Made by a program: the position numbers and the translations under genes
Assembly (NCBI GenBank): GCA_009914755.4
Contig: CP086569.2
Coordinates: 14,400,001-14,464,000, forward strand
Length of the DNA stretch: 64,000 bases
Source of the DNA: the human T2T-CHM13v2.0 reference genome, Homo sapiens
Direction: 5' to 3'
Part shown: piece after piece, positions 31,593 through 48,670 of the stretch
How the letters are laid out: every line of letters begins with the position of its first letter
How positions within the stretch are numbered: the first letter of the stretch is position 1
Notes under the pieces: model-generated
Told to the model about the DNA's origin: nothing
Database searches by the model: none
What the model saw: the letters and a program-made list of their open reading frames with translations, nothing else

Positions 31593-32627
31593 GTGGATAA
31601 AACCACAAAGATGGGGAAAAAACAGAACAAAAAAACTGGAAACTCTAAAAAGCACAGCACCTCTCCTCCTCCAAAGGAATGCAGCTCCTCACCAGCAATG
31701 GAACAAAGCTGGATGGAGAATGACTTTGACGAGCTGAGAGAAGAAGGCTTCAGACGATCAAATTACTCTGAGCTATGGGAGGACATTCAAACCAAAGGCA
31801 AAGAAGTTGAAAACATTGAAAAAAATTTAGAAGAATGTATAACTAGAATAATCAATACAGAGAAGTGCTTAAAGGAGCTGATGGAGCTGAAAACCAAGGC
31901 TCAAGAACTACATGAAGAATGCAGAAGCCTCAGGAGCCGATGCGATCAACTGGAAGAAAGGGTATCAGCAATGGAAGATGAAATGAATGAAATGAAGTGA
32001 GAAGGAAAGTTTAGAGAAAAAAGAATAAAAAGAAACAAGCAAAGCCTCCAAGAAATATGGGACTATGTGAAAAGACCAAATCTACGCCTGATTGGTGTAC
32101 CTGAAAGTGATGTGGAGAATGGAACCAAGTTGGAAAACACTCTGCAGGATATTATCCAGGAGAACTTCCCCAATCTAGCAAGGCAGGCCAACGTTCAGAT
32201 TCAGGAAATACAGAGAACACCACAAAGATACTCCTCGAGAAGAGCAACTCCAAGACACTTAATTGTCAGATTCACCAAAGTTGAAATGAAGGAAAAAATG
32301 TTAAGGGCAGCCAGAGAGAAAGGTCGGGTTACCCTCAAAGGGAAGCCCATCAGACTGACAGCGGATCTCTCGGCAGAAACCCTACAAGCCAGAAGAGAGT
32401 GGGGGCCAATATTCAACATTTTTAAAGAAAAGAATTTTCAACCCAGAATTTCATATCCAGCCAAACTAAGCTTCATAAGTGAAGGAGAAATTAAATACTT
32501 TACAGACAAGCAAATGCTGAGAGATTTTGTCACCACCAGGCCTGCCCTAAAAGAGCTCCTGAAGGAAGCGCTAAACATGGAAACGAACAACCAGTACCAG
32601 CTGCTGCAAAATCATGCCAAAATGTAA
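31593..32627 (+). pseudogene. L1 ORF1 (ORF1p), inactivated by a single in-frame nonsense codon at 31998-32000
   Basis: 31593..32000 reads MGKKQNKKTGNSKKHSTSPPPKECSSSPAMEQSWMENDFDELREEGFRRSNYSELWEDIQTKGKEVENIEKNLEECITRIINTEKCLKELMELKTKAQELHEECRSLRSRCDQLEERVSAMEDEMNEMK, then TGA where the consensus has R. The same frame resumes at 32067..32627 (...RPNLRLIGVPESDVENGTKLENTLQDIIQENFPNLARQANVQIQEIQRTPQRYSSRRATPRH...QNHAKM*). Confidence 0.85.
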
Positions 32628-32690
32628 AGACCATCAAGACTAGGAAGAAACTGCATCAACTAACGAGCAAAAGAACCAGCTAACATCATA

Positions 32691-36516
<3,826 letters not shown>

Positions 36517-36756
36517 GTGGGAATTGAACAATGAGATCACATGGACACAGGAAGGGGAACATCACACTCTGGGGACTGTTGTGGTGTGGGCGGAGGGGGG
36601 AGGGATAACATTGGGAGATATACCTAATGCTAGATTACGAGTTAATGGGTGCAGCGCACCAGCACGGCACATGTATACATATGTAACTAACCTGCACAAT
36701 GTGCACATGTACCCTAAAACTTAAAGTATAATAGTAAAAAAAAGAAAAAAAAAAAG

Positions 36757-36809
36757 AAATTAATCCACGTTTCCTATAATAAAATATTGGTTAAACAATT
36801 TAAAAAAAA
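36757..36809 (+). other. Candidate 3' transduction carried by the young L1PA (non-L1 sequence between the L1 poly-A and a second poly-A, upstream of the TSD)
   Basis: gaaattaatccacgtttcctataataaaatattggttaaacaatttaaaaaaaaa contains aataaa at 36779-36784 about 20 nt before its own A-tract. It lies between the L1 poly-A (ending ~36756) and the TSD copy at 36808-36827. Confidence 0.45.
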
Positions 36810-36827
36810 AGAAAAAAGGTCAACAAT

Positions 36828-37522
36828 TTGGAAAACATATGTGAGTAAAATTTTTCTTAACCTTCCCAGAAAGATAGATAATCCAGATACAAGTAATCCA
36901 GAGAATGTCTGTCAGACACTATACCAAATGAATACCACTAGGGCATATAGTAGGTGGTCTAAGATCAATGCTACAGAAAAAAAATCTTGAAGCCATATAT
37001 AGAAAAACCTAATATCATATAAAAATGGAACCCTATCAAGCTATCAGTTCACTTCTCAATAGAAAAACTACAAGCCGGAAGAAATAGGGGGGGGGCCTAT
37101 TTTCAGAATTCTTAAAGCAAAGAAACTTCAGCCAATAGTCTCACACCCTGCCACTAAGCTCTATAAGTGATGGAGAAATAAAATGTTTTTCAGACAAGCA
37201 ATTGCTAAGAAAATTTATTATCACTAAACAGCCTTACAAGAATTCCTTAAGGGATTTCTAGACATAGAGACAAATAAATAATATCTGCTAGCACAAGCCA
37301 ACAAGAAGATACATATTCTAATACAATGCAAACTACAAAACAACCAGCCAACTTCAGTATAGGATCAATATCTCAACATTAACCTTGAAAGTAAATTCAA
37401 TATTCATAATATTACAATATGACTGTATATTGAAAATATTTTTTGAGAAGAAATTCAAGGTGGCTACAGAAATTTGCATAAATAGCTAAATGTTATCAGT
37501 ATTCATTTCAATATTATATCAA
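36828..37522 (+). mobile_element. Old L1 copy A continued: rest of ORF1 and the ORF2 start
   Basis: Resumes exactly after the TSD (tttggaaaacatatgtgagtaaaattttt...). ORF1 C-terminal motif ctctataagtgatggagaaataaaatgtttttcagacaagcaattgctaagaaaatttattatcactaaacagcc (SISDGEIKCFSDKQLLRKFIITKQP). ORF2 start region ...ctcaacattaaccttgaaagtaaatt... precedes the next nested L1. Confidence 0.6.
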
Positions 37523-40500
37523 TAAATATATTTTTTATTTTAATATTGTCATTTAAAAAAATTATACTTTAAGGTCTGGGGTACATGTGCAGAATGCGCA
37601 GGTTTGTTACAGAGGTATACACGTGCCATGGTGGACCCATCAACCTATCATCTACATTAGATATTTCTCCTAATGCTATCCCTGCCCTTGCCGCGCATCC
37701 CCCAACAGGCCTCAGTGAGTGATGTTCCCCTCCCTGTGTCTATGTGTTCATATGGTTCAACTCCCACTTATGAGTGAGAACATGTGGGATATGGTTTTCT
37801 GTTCTTGTTGGTTTGCTGAGAATGATGGTTTCCAGCATCATCTGTGTCCCAGCAAAGGACGTGAACTCATCCTTTTTTCCTGGCTGCGTAGTCTTCCATG
37901 GTATATGTGTACCACATTTTCTTTATCTAGTCTATCGTTGATGGGCGTTTGGGTTGGTTCCATGACTTTGTTATTGTGAACAGTGCTGCAGTAAACATGC
38001 ATGTGCATGTGTCTTTATAGTAGAATGATTTATAATCCTTTGGGTATATACCCAGTAATGGAATTGCTGGGTCAAATAATATTTCTAGTTCTAGATCCCT
38101 GAGGAATTGCCACACTGTCTTCCACAATGGTTGAACTAATTTATACTCCCAACAAGGGTGTAAAAGCATTTCTATTTCTCCACATCCTCTCCAGCATCTG
38201 TTGTTTCCTCACTTTTTAATGAGTGCCATTCTAACTGGTATCTCACAATGAGATAGTATCTCATTGTGGTTTTGATTTGCATTTCTCTAATGACCAGTAA
38301 TGATGAGCTTTTTTTCATATATTTGTTGGCTGCATAAATGTCTTATTTTGAGAAGTGTCTGTTCATAGGGTTTGCCCACTTTTTGAGGGGGTTGTTTTTT
38401 TCTTATAAATCTGTTTAAGTTCTTTGTAGATTTGGATATTAGCCCTTTGTCAGATGGATAGATTGCAAAATTTTTCTCCCATTCTGCAGGTTGCATGTTC
38501 ACTCTGATAATAGTTTCTCTTGCTGTGCAGAAGCTCTTTAGTTCAATCAGATCCCATTTGTCTATTTTGGCTTTTGTTGCCATTGTTTGGGTGTTTTAGT
38601 CATGATGTCTTTGCCCATGCCAATATTGTGAATGGTGTTGCCTAGGTTTTCTTTTAGGGTTTTTACAGTTTTAGGCCTTACGCTTAAGTCATTAATCCAT
38701 CTTTAGTTAATTTTTGAATAAAGTGTAAGGCAGGGATTCAGTTTCAGCTTTCTGCATGTGGCTAGCCAGTTTTCCCAACACCATTTTTAAATAGGAAATC
38801 CTTTCCCTGTTGCTTGATTTCATCAGGTTTGTTAAGGATCAGATGGTTTTATATGTGTGGCTTTATATCTGAGGCCTCTGTTCTGTTCCATCAGTCTATA
38901 TATCTGTTTTAGTACCCATACCATGGTGTTTTTGTTATTGTAACTTTGTAGTATAGTTTGAAGTCAGGTAGTGTGATGCCTCCAGCTTTGTTCTTTCTGC
39001 TTAGTATTGTCTTGGCTATGCAGGCTCTTTATTGATTCCATATGCAATTTAGAGTAGATTTTTTCCAATTCTGCAAAGAAAACCAATGGTAGCTTGATTG
39101 AGATATGAAATTTATAAATTACCTTGGGCAGTATGGCCATTTTCACGATATTGATTCTTCTTACCCATGAGCATGAAATGTTTTTCCATTTCTTTCTGTC
39201 CTCTCTTATTTCCTTGCGCAGTGGTTTGTAGTTCACCTTGAAGAGGTCCTTCACATCCCTTGTAAGTTGTATTCCCAGGTTATATATTCTTTTTGTGGCA
39301 ATTGTGAATGGGAGTTCACTCATGATTTGACTCTCTGTTTTTCTGTTATTGGTGTATAGGAATGCTTGTGATTTTTGCACATGGATTTTGTATGAACTTG
39401 CTTATCAGCTTAAGGATATTTTGTGCTGAGACATTGGGGTTTTCTAAATATACAATCATGTCATCTCTAAGCAGAGACAATTTGACTTCCTCTTTTCCTA
39501 CTTGAATACCCTTTATTTCTTTCTCTTGCCTGATTGCCCTGGCCAGGGCTTCCAATACTATGTTAAATAGGAGTGGTGAGAGAGGGCATCCTTGTCTTGT
39601 GCCAGTTTTCAAAGGGAATGTTTCCAGGTTTTGCCCATTCAATATGATATTGGCTGTGGGTTTGTCATAAATAACTCTTATTCTTTTGAGGTACATTCCC
39701 TCAAGGCTTAGTTTATTGAGAGTTTTTAGTGTCAAGGGCTGTTGAATTTTGTGAAAGTCCTTTCTGCATCCATTGAGATAATCATGTGGTTTATGTCATT
39801 GGTTCTGTTTATGTGATGGATTATGTTTATTGATTTACATGTGTTGAACCAGCCTTGCATCCCAGGGATGAAGCTGACTTGATTGTGATGGATAAGCTTT
39901 TTGATGTGCTGCTAGATTCACTTTGCCAGTATTTTATTGAGGATTTTCACATCAATGTTCTTCAGGGATATTTGCCTGAAATTTTCTGTTTTTTATTGTG
40001 TTTCTGCCAGGTTTTGGTATCAGGATGATGCTGGCCTCATAAAATGAGGTAGGTAGGATTTCCTCACTTTCTATTTTTTGGAATAGATTCAGAAGGAATG
40101 GTACCAGCTCCTCTTTGTTCCTCTAGCAGAATTCAGCTGTGAATCTGTCTGCTCCTGGGCTTGTTTTGGTTGGCAGGCTATTAATTTCTGCCTCAATTTC
40201 AGAGCCTGTTATTGGTCTATTCAGGGATTTGACTTCTTTCTGGTTTAGTCTAGGCAGGGTGTATGTGTACATGAATTTATCCATTTCTTCTAGATTTTCT
40301 AGTTTATTTGCACAGAGATGTTTATAGTATTCTCTGGTGGTAGTTTGTATTTCTGTGGGATTGGAGCTGATATCCCCTTTATCATTTTTTATTGTATCTA
40401 TTTGATTCTTCTTCTCTTTTTTTCTTTATTAGTCTGGGTAGTGGTCTTTCTATTTTGTTAAAGTTTATAAAAAGCAGCTCCTGGATTCATCCATTTTTTG

Positions 40501-43500
40501 AAGGGTTTTTTGTCTCTGTCTCCTTCTGTTCTGCTCTGATCTTAGTTATTTCTTGTCTTCTGCTTGCTTTTGAATTTGTTTGCTCTTGCTTCTCTAGTTC
40601 TTTTAACTGTGATATTAGGGTGTTGATTTTAGATCTTTTCTGCTTTCTCTAGCGGGCATTTAGTGCTATAAAATTTCCCTCTTAACACTTCTTTAGCTGT
40701 GTCCCAGAGATTCTGGTACATTGTGTCTTTGTTCTCATTGGTTTTAAAGAACATCTTTATTTCTGCCTCCATTTCATTATTTAATCAGTAGTCATTCAGG
40801 AGCAGGTTCAGCTTCCATGTAGTGGTGGAGTTTTGAGAGAGTTTCTTGATCCTGAGTTCTAATTTGATTGCACTGTGGTCTGAGAAATTGTTTGTTGTAA
40901 TTTCCATTATTTTGCATTTGCTGAGGAGTGTTTTACTTTCAGTTATGTGGTCAATTTTAGAATAACTGGGATGTGGTGCTGAGAACAATATATATTCTGT
41001 TGATTTGGGGTGGAGAGTTCTATAGATATCTAGTGGGTCCACTAGGTCTAGAGCTGAGTTCAAATCCTGAATATCCTTGTTAATTTTCTGTCTCGTTGAT
41101 CTTTCTAATGTTGCCAGTGGGGTGTTACAGTCTCCCACTATTATTGTGTGGGAGTCTAAGTCTGTTTGTAGGTCTGTAAGAACTTGCTTCATGAATCTGG
41201 GTACTCCTGTATTTTGTGCATATATATTTAGGATAGTTAGCTCTTCTTGTTGCATTGATCTTTTTACCATTATATAGTGCACTTCTTTGTCTCTTTTGAC
41301 CTTTATTGGTTTAAAGTCTGTTTTATCAGAGACTAGAATTGCAACCACTCCATTTTTTTTTTTTTTGCTTGCCATTTGCTTGCTAAATCTTCCTCCATCC
41401 CTTTAGCCTATGTGTCTTTGCATGTGAGTTGGGTCTCCTGAATACAGTACACCAATGGGTCTTGACTCTTCATCCAATTTGCCAGTCTGTGTCTTTTAAT
41501 TGTGTCATTTAGCCCATTTACATTTAAGGTTAATATTGTTATGTGAGAACTTGATCCTGTCTTTATGACGTTAGCTGGTTATTTTGCTCATTAGTTTATG
41601 CAGTTTCTTCATAGTGTCAATCGCCTTGGCAATTTGGTATGTTTTTGCAGTGGCTGGTACAAGTTGTTCCTTTCCATGTTTAGTGCTTCCTTCAGGAGCT
41701 CTTGTAGGGCAGGGCTGGTGGTGACAAAATCTCTCAGCATTTTCTCATCTGTAAGGGATTTTATTTCTCCTTTGCTTATGAAGATTAGTTTGGTTGGATA
41801 TGAAATTCTGGGTTGAAAATTCTTTTCTGTAAGAATGTTGAATATCGGTCCCCACTCTCTTCTGGCTCATAAGGTTCTCTGCTGAGAAATTCGCTGTTAG
41901 TCTGATGGGGTTCCCTTTGTGGGTAACCTGACCTTTCTCTCTGGTTACCTTTAACATTTTTTCCCTCGATTTCAACCTTGGTGAATCTGATGATTATATG
42001 TCTTGAGGTTGCTCTTCTGGAGGAGTATCTTTGTGGTGTTGTCTGTATTTCCTGAATTTCAATGTTGGCCTGTCTTGGTAGGTTGGGGAACTTCTCCTGG
42101 ATAATATCCTAAAAAGTATTTTCCAGCTTGGTTCTATTTTTCCTGTCACTTTCAGGTACACCAATCAAATGTAGATGTAGTCTTTTCACATAGTCCTATA
42201 CTTCTTGGAGGCTTTCCTCATATCTTTCCACTCTTTTTTCTCTAATCTTGTTTTCCTATTGCATTTCATTTGGTTGATCTTCAATCTCATATATCCTTTC
42301 TTCCACTTAATCGACTCAGCTATGATACTTGTGTATGCTTCATGAAGTTCTTGTGCTGTGTTTTTCAGCTCCATCAGGTTATTTGTATTCTTCTCTAAAC
42401 CAGTTATTCTAGTTAGCAATTCATGTAACCTTTTTTTCAAGGTTCTTAGCTTCCTTGCACTGGGTTAGGACATGCTCCTTTAGCTCAGAGGCGTCTGTTA
42501 TTACCCACCTTCTGAAGCCTACTTCTGTCAATTCATCAAAGTCATTCTCCACCCCATTTTGGACCTTGCTGGTGAGGAGTTGTGACCCTTTGTAGGAGAA
42601 TAGGCATTCTGAATTTTCAGCGTTTTAGTGCTGGTTTCTCTCCATCTTCATGGATTTATCTACCTTTTGTCTTTAAAGTTGCTTACCTTCAGATGGGGTT
42701 TCTCAGTGGATGTCCTTTTTGTTGATGTTGCTACTATTCCTTTCTGTCTGTTAGTTTTCCTTCTAACAGTCAGGCCCCTCTGCTGTAGGTCTGCTAGAGT
42801 TTGCTGGAGGTCTGCCCCAGAACCTGTTTGCCTGGGTGTCACTGGCAGAGGCTGCAGAACAGCAAATATTGCTGCTTGCTTCTTCCTCTTGAAGCTTTGT
42901 CCCGGAAGGGCACCCACGAGATGCCAGCCAGAGCTCTCCTATATGAGGTGTCTGTCACCACCTACTAGGAGGTGTCACCTTGTCAGGATAAATGGGCATC
43001 ATGGACCCACTTGAGGAGGCAATCTATCCCTTATAGGAGCTCGAATGGCTGTGCTGCTAGATCTGGTGCTCTCTTCAGAGCTCTTAGGTAGGGTCATTTA
43101 AGTCTGCTGAAGCTGCGCTTAAAACCAACCCTTCCCCAAGGTGCTCTGTCCCAGGGAAGAGAAGGGCGGTGGGGGTTATATCTATAAGTCCCTAATGTGG
43201 CTGCTGCCTTTTTTTCACATGATGCCCTGCACAGAGAGGAGACAGTCTGGCCACTGTGGCCTTGCTGAATTGGGGTGGGTTCCACCCAGTTTGAAATTCC
43301 TGGTGACTTTGTTTACACTGTGAGGGTGAAACTGCCTACTTAAGCCTCATAGATGGATGATGCCCCTCCCCACACAATGTTCAAGCTTGGACTGCTGTTG
43401 TGCTGGCAGCAAGGATTTCAATCCAGTGGATCTTAGGCTGTTGGGCTCCATTGGGGTGGGACCTGCCGAGCTAGACTACTTGGCTCCCTGGCTTCAGCCC

Positions 43501-43969
43501 CCCTTGCAGGGGAGTGAAAGGTTCTGTCTTGCTGGCATTCCAGGCACTGATGGGGTATGAAAAAAAAAACTCCAGAACTAGCTTGATATCTCCCCAAATT
43601 GTCACCCAGTTTTGTGCTGGAAACCCAGGGACCTGGTGATATAGGCACTGAAAGGAATCTTCTGGTCTGCAGGTTCTGAAGACTATGGGGAAAGTGCAGT
43701 ATCTGGGCCAGAGTGCATGGTACAGTCCCTAATGGCTTCCCTTGGCTGGGAGAGGGAGTTCCCTGATCCCTTGTGCTTCCTGGGTGAGGTGACTTCCCAC
43801 CCTGCTTTGGCTCTCCCTGCTTGGGCTGCACCCACTGTCCAACCAGTCCTAGTGAGATGAACCAAGTACCTCAGCTGGAAATGCAGAAATTACCCACCTT
43901 CTGCATTGATCTCACTGGGAGCTGCAGACTGGAGATGTTTCTATTCGGTCATCTTGCCAGCAACCGCCT
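37523..43969 (-). mobile_element. Full-length L1PA-family LINE-1 (~6.4 kb, probably an older L1PA subfamily with a longer 5'UTR), minus orientation, nested at the ORF2 start of old L1 copy A; flanked by 10-bp TSD ATTATATCAA
   Basis: The 3' end reads reverse-complement from 37561 (attatactttaaggtctggggtacatgtgcagaatgcgcaggtttgttacagaggtatacacgtgccatgg). Minus-strand track ORFs are ORF2 C-terminus (37927..38169 ...[24 protein letters not shown]...), ORF2 RT (39346..39735 ...[55 protein letters not shown]) and ORF2 EN (40785..41375 ...[26 protein letters not shown]...GDCNTPLATLERSTRQKINKDIQDLNSALD...HPKSTEYILFSAPH.SYSKIDH). ORF1 pieces are 41745..41975 and 42186..42440. The 5' end reverse-complement is at 43931-43967 (ggagatgtttctattcggtcatcttgcc). 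attatatcaa at 37513-37522 and 43970-43979. Confidence 0.85.
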
Positions 43970-44595
43970 ATTATATCAAGACTGACCTGGAATGTAAATT
44001 ATCTTAATGTCACAGTTAAAAGGCACAAAGTGCCTAGTTGGATTAATAACACAAGACCTATTCACCTGCTATCTTCAAAAGAGCCATCTCACATGTAAAA
44101 TACCTATACACTAAAGGTAAAGGAATGGAGAGAGATCTATCATGCAAATGGAAAACAAAAGGCAGGGGTCACTCATCTTACAAGAGATAAAATAGACTTT
44201 AAGCCAACAACAGTAAAAAAGGACAAAGATGGGCACTAAATAATAATAAAGGGCTCAATCCAACAAGATGCCTTACTCATCCTAAATGTACACTGACACA
44301 ATATTGGAGCACCCAAATTTATTTAAAAAGTATGTCCTAACGTACAAAAGACTTAGGCACACAATGATAATGGGGGACTTCAACAGCCCACCAAAGTCTT
44401 AGACAGATCCTCAAGGTAGAAAACTAACAAATCTTAACCTTAAATAAAACACTTGTACATGATAGACATCTACAGGACACCTCCGCCATAAACAACAAGA
44501 TATACATTCTTTTCATTTGCAAATGAAACGTACTTAAAATTGGCCACACACTTGGCAATAAAGGAGGGCTCACTTCATTAAAAAAATAAAAATTA
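43970..44595 (+). mobile_element. Old L1 copy A continued: ORF2 endonuclease domain
   Basis: gactgacctggaatgtaaattatcttaatgtcacagttaaaaggcacaaagtgcctagttggattaataacacaagacc...gataatgggggacttcaacagcccaccaaagtcttagacagatcctcaaggtagaaaac...acatctacaggacacctccgccataaacaacaagatatacattcttttcatttgcaaatgaaacgtacttaaaattggccacacacttggcaataaagg (LNVNGL...KRH.VASWI..QDP, GDFNSPL..LDRSSR, IYR.LHP...EYTFFS..HGTYSKIDH). Confidence 0.6.
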
Positions 44596-44975
44596 TACCT
44601 GTATTAGTCTGTTCTCATGCTACTAATAAAGACATACCTGAGACTAAATAATTTATAAAGGAAAGATGTTTAATTGACTCACAGTTCTGCATGGCTGGGG
44701 AGGCCTCAGGAAACTTGTAATCAAGGCAGAAGAGGAAGCAAGCATTTTCTTCTTTACATGACAGCAGGAAGATAAGCATGAGAGCTGAGTGAAGGGGGAA
44801 GCCCCTGGTAAAACCATCAGATCTCATAAGAACTTAGTCACTATCACAAGAGTAGCATGGGGGAAACTGCCCCCATGATTCAATTACCTTCATCATGTCC
44901 CTCCCACCACATATGGGGATTATGGGAACTACGATTCAAGATGAGATTTGGGTAGGGACACAGCCAAACCATAAC
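44596..44975 (-). mobile_element. THE1/MST-type ERVL-MaLR solo LTR (complete, ~375 bp), minus orientation, inserted in old L1 copy A
   Basis: Reverse-complement of the MaLR LTR consensus. It starts tgtattagtctgttctcatgctactaataaagacatacctgagactaaataatttataaaggaaagatgtttaattgactcacagttctgcatggctggggaggcctcaggaaacttgtaatcaaggcagaagaggaagcaagc and ends ...tgattcaattaccttcatcatgtccctcccaccacatatggggattatgggaactacgattcaagatgagatttgggtagggacacagccaaaccata. Confidence 0.7.
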
Positions 44976-45206
44976 TATGCCAAACATAGTTTTGACAATA
45001 GTAAAAATAGGAGTCAATAGCATGAAGACCCTTCAAAACCATATAATTACATGGATATTAAACAACGTTCTACTGAAGGGCTTTTGGATTAAAAAATGCA
45101 GAAATCAAATAATTCTTTGAAATAAAACAGAAACACAGAATACTAAAATCACTGGAATTCAGTTGAAGCAGTGTTAAGAGGACACTTGTCTACATTGAGT
45201 TTGGAG
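44976..45206 (+). mobile_element. Short further piece of old L1 copy A (end of the EN region) before the next L1 5' end
   Basis: gaaataaaacagaaacacagaatactaaaatcactggaattcagttgaagcagtgttaagaggac parallels L1 ORF2 ...[23 protein letters not shown].... Confidence 0.4.
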
Positions 45207-45264
45207 GAGGAATCAGGCAAGATGGCTGACTAGATGCAACCACGTGAAATGGCTGCCTGATACC

Positions 45265-45550
45265 GGAACCTCTGGTGTGAGGTAACTGAATCACAGGGGG
45301 CAGTTTCCCCTATGCTATTCTTATGATAATGAGTTCTCATAAGATCTGACAGTTTTATTTGGTGGCTTCCCCATTTGCTCAGCTCTCATACTTCTTTTGT
45401 TGCTGCCATGTGAAGAAGGACGTGTTTGCTTCCCCTTCTGCAATGATTGTAAGATTACTGAGGCTTCCTCAACCATGCTGAACTGTGAGTCAATTAAACC
45501 TTTTTCTTTTATAAATTATCCAAGCTGAGGTATGTCTTTATTAGCATTCA
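45265..45550 (+). mobile_element. THE1/MST-type MaLR LTR, 5'-truncated (3' ~280 bp), plus orientation, inside the 5'UTR of old L1 copy B
   Basis: ggtgtgaggtaactgaatcacagggggcagtttcccctatgctattcttatgataatgagttctcataagatctgacagttttatttggtggcttccccatttgctcagctctcatacttcttttgttgctgccatgtgaagaaggacgtgtttgcttccccttctgcaatgattgtaagattactgaggcttcctcaaccatgctgaactgtgagtcaattaaacctttttcttttataaattatccaagctgaggtatgtctttattagcattcaag. Confidence 0.65.
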
Positions 45551-47519
45551 AGCACTCAACATTCAAATTCAGGAAACTCAGGTTCACTCCTAAAAGATCT
45601 TCAGAGGGAAGGCACCGAGAGGGGACAGAGGGAAGACACAAAACCTAGTCTGAAAGGGAAAGAACCTGGAAACCCTGTATGGGGCTACCAGTATCCTGAA
45701 AGGAAGAGACCTCTTGACCACTACAGATACTTGAGTTGGCATGGTGAACCGCTTACAGAAGTGGCAGGAACAGTATTCTTCCCCATGCAGAGCCCAGAGG
45801 GTTTTCAGCAGAAACATCTGTAGTGAAGCCCAGCCACAGATGACCATTCCCTCAGGCTCAACTTGTTCCCACAGGAGACTTTAGCCCTGGGGGAACTGTC
45901 AGGGCTGACCTCTGCAGGGAGCTCATGTCTATCAGATAGGGCTGGGTCTGATTTAACCTCCTTGATTTGATGGCCTCTCAGGCCCACAGCCTGGGAATGA
46001 CTGCTTGCAGTGCAGCCCCAGGTGTCCTGGGGACCCATACCATAACTCCTGTGCTAGTGGACCATGCCTGACCAGTGGAGAGCTCCAGTGGGGGCAGCCT
46101 TCATTGTCAAGCACCAACCCACTGTGTCCCTTCCCCAACTGTAGCTTCCCCCAAACCCATGGCAACTCGCCACATCACTTTGCTAGCACATGTGTATGTG
46201 GGTAGGTTTTGCCTTCCCTGCTCATCCAATATGCATGTGTGAAATTCTCCATGCCATGCATCTGCTGCCCTGGCCCCACCATACCAGCATAGCAGTTGGA
46301 ACCCTGGTAGGCTCAAAGCTTGCCAGTCCCCTTACCTGTGCCCTGCTCCTGTGTTAAGACTGCCACCATAGTGAACTGGGCAGAAGAATAGTGTACAATT
46401 TCCTACCCTGAGCAGCTGCAGGCCTGTACTTGCCAGTGTGCCACCCCCATACTAACACCACCAAAAGTGTGACTGTGTACAGTCATCAATGATGGCTGCC
46501 TCACCTTTAGCCATGCCATCTCCCATACTGCTGTGAACACCTGCACAGAGGCAGGGAACTTGGCACCTGTTAGCATCCTGCCATAGCTGAAAAGTATGCA
46601 CATTACCATTCTGCCACTATGCCTGCTGCTGGCATGTGCAAACAAGGATGGGTCCTGCTGCCATTGCCCTGAAAAGTGCTTTGGCTGACATCACCCATTG
46701 GAGTGTAGTAACCAGTGGTCCAAGAGAACCTGAGCCTTCTAACCTACAACAAAGAACAGTGAATTTCTAAACTCAAGGAATCAGAGAATAAGTTTAGGGC
46801 AATACAAGCCACCCAGAATAGATCATGCAGCCCAAAAGTTGGGAGCTGAACCTTGGCTCCCTAAAAACCTTCAGAAAAGAAGCCAGTCAAGTGAACCCAC
46901 CTTATACCACAGTAAAAACCTCAAGTCATCAAACAGGATGAAAGGAAAAAAACTCCATACAAAAGAGAGCAATTGCAAAGATTGAAGGAACATCAGTCCA
47001 CAAAGATGATAAGGAATCAGCACAAGCACTCCAACAACAGAAAAAGCCAGAGTGCCTGCCTTCCTCCAAATGACTTCACTAGCTTTCTAACAAGGGTTTT
47101 GAACTGAGTTGAGTTGGCTGAAATGACATAATTCAGAATATGGATAAGGATGATGATTATTAATGTGCAGGAGAACATTGAAATGCAGTCCAAGAAAGCT
47201 AAGAGTTACAATAAAACAATACAGGAGCTGACAGACAAAATGACCAGTGTAGAGAAGACTGTAACCAACCTGAGGGGGCTGAAAAACACAAGAATTTCAT
47301 AATAAACTCAAAAGTATTAATAGCTGAACAGACCAAGCTGAGAAAAGAATCTCAGAGCTTGAAGACTGGCTTTCTGAAATAGGACAAACAGAAATAGAGA
47401 AAAAAGAATGAAAAGAATAAAGAAAACCTCCAAGAAATATGGGATTAGGTAAACAGACCAAATTTATGACTCCTTCATATCTCTGAAAGAGATGGAATGG
47501 AAGAATGGAAGTAACTTAG

Positions 47520-47788
<269 letters not shown>

Positions 47789-48227
47789 CAACAATGTTTT
47801 TAAAAAAAGAAATTTTAACAAACAATTTCATATTCAGCCAAACTAAGTTCCATAAGAGAAGGAGAAATAAGCTCCTTTTTAGACAAGAAAATTCTGAAGA
47901 AATTTATTACCACCAGGCCTGTCTTACACAAGAGATCCTGAAAAAACACTAAATGTGGGAAGAAAATATTATTGCCAGCCACTACTAAAGCACACTTCAG
48001 TACATAGACCAGTGACACTATGAAGAAACCACACAAATAAGTATGCAGAATAACAAGCTAAATCTCTCAGCATTTCCTTGTCTGTAAAAGATTTTATTTC
48101 CCCTTCACTTATGAAGCTTAGTTTGGCTTTACTAACCTTGAATGTAAACAGGATAAATGCCCAAATTAAAAGGCACAAGATGGCAATCAGGGTTAAAAAA
48201 CCCTGAGACCCAATGATATGCTGTCTT

Positions 48228-48670
48228 CTTTTTATTATTATTATTATTATTATTATACTTTAATTTTAGGGTACATGTGCACAATGTGCAGGTTAGTTAC
48301 ATATGTATACATGTGCCATGCTGGTGCGCTGCACCCACTAACTCGTCATCCAGCATTAGGTATATCTCCCAGTGCTATCCCTCCCCCACTTCCCACCCCA
48401 TAACAGTCCCCAGAGTGTGATGTTCCCCTTCTTGTGTCCATGTGTTCTCATTGTGCAATTCCCACCTATGAGTGAGAATATGCGGTGTTTGGTTTTTTGT
48501 TCTTGAGATAGTTTACTGAGAATGATGATTTCCAATTTCATCCATGTCCCTACAAAGGACATGAACTCATCATTTTTTATGGCTGCATAGTATTCCATGG
48601 TGTATATGTGCCACATTTTCTTAATCCAGTCTATCATTGTTGGACATTTGGGTTGGTTCCAAGTCTTTGA
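48228..48670 (-). mobile_element. 5'-truncated young L1PA/L1HS-like 3' end (~440 bp: ORF2 C-terminus plus 3'UTR), minus orientation, nested in old L1 copy B
   Basis: tttttattattattattattattatactttaattttagggtacatgtgcacaatgtgcaggttagttacatatgtatacatgtgccatgctggtgcgctgcacccactaactcgtcatc... Minus-strand ORF 48356..48637 = [60 protein letters not shown] (L1 ORF2 C-terminus). A separate ~75-bp minus-strand L1PA scrap lies at about 48055-48130. Confidence 0.85.
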
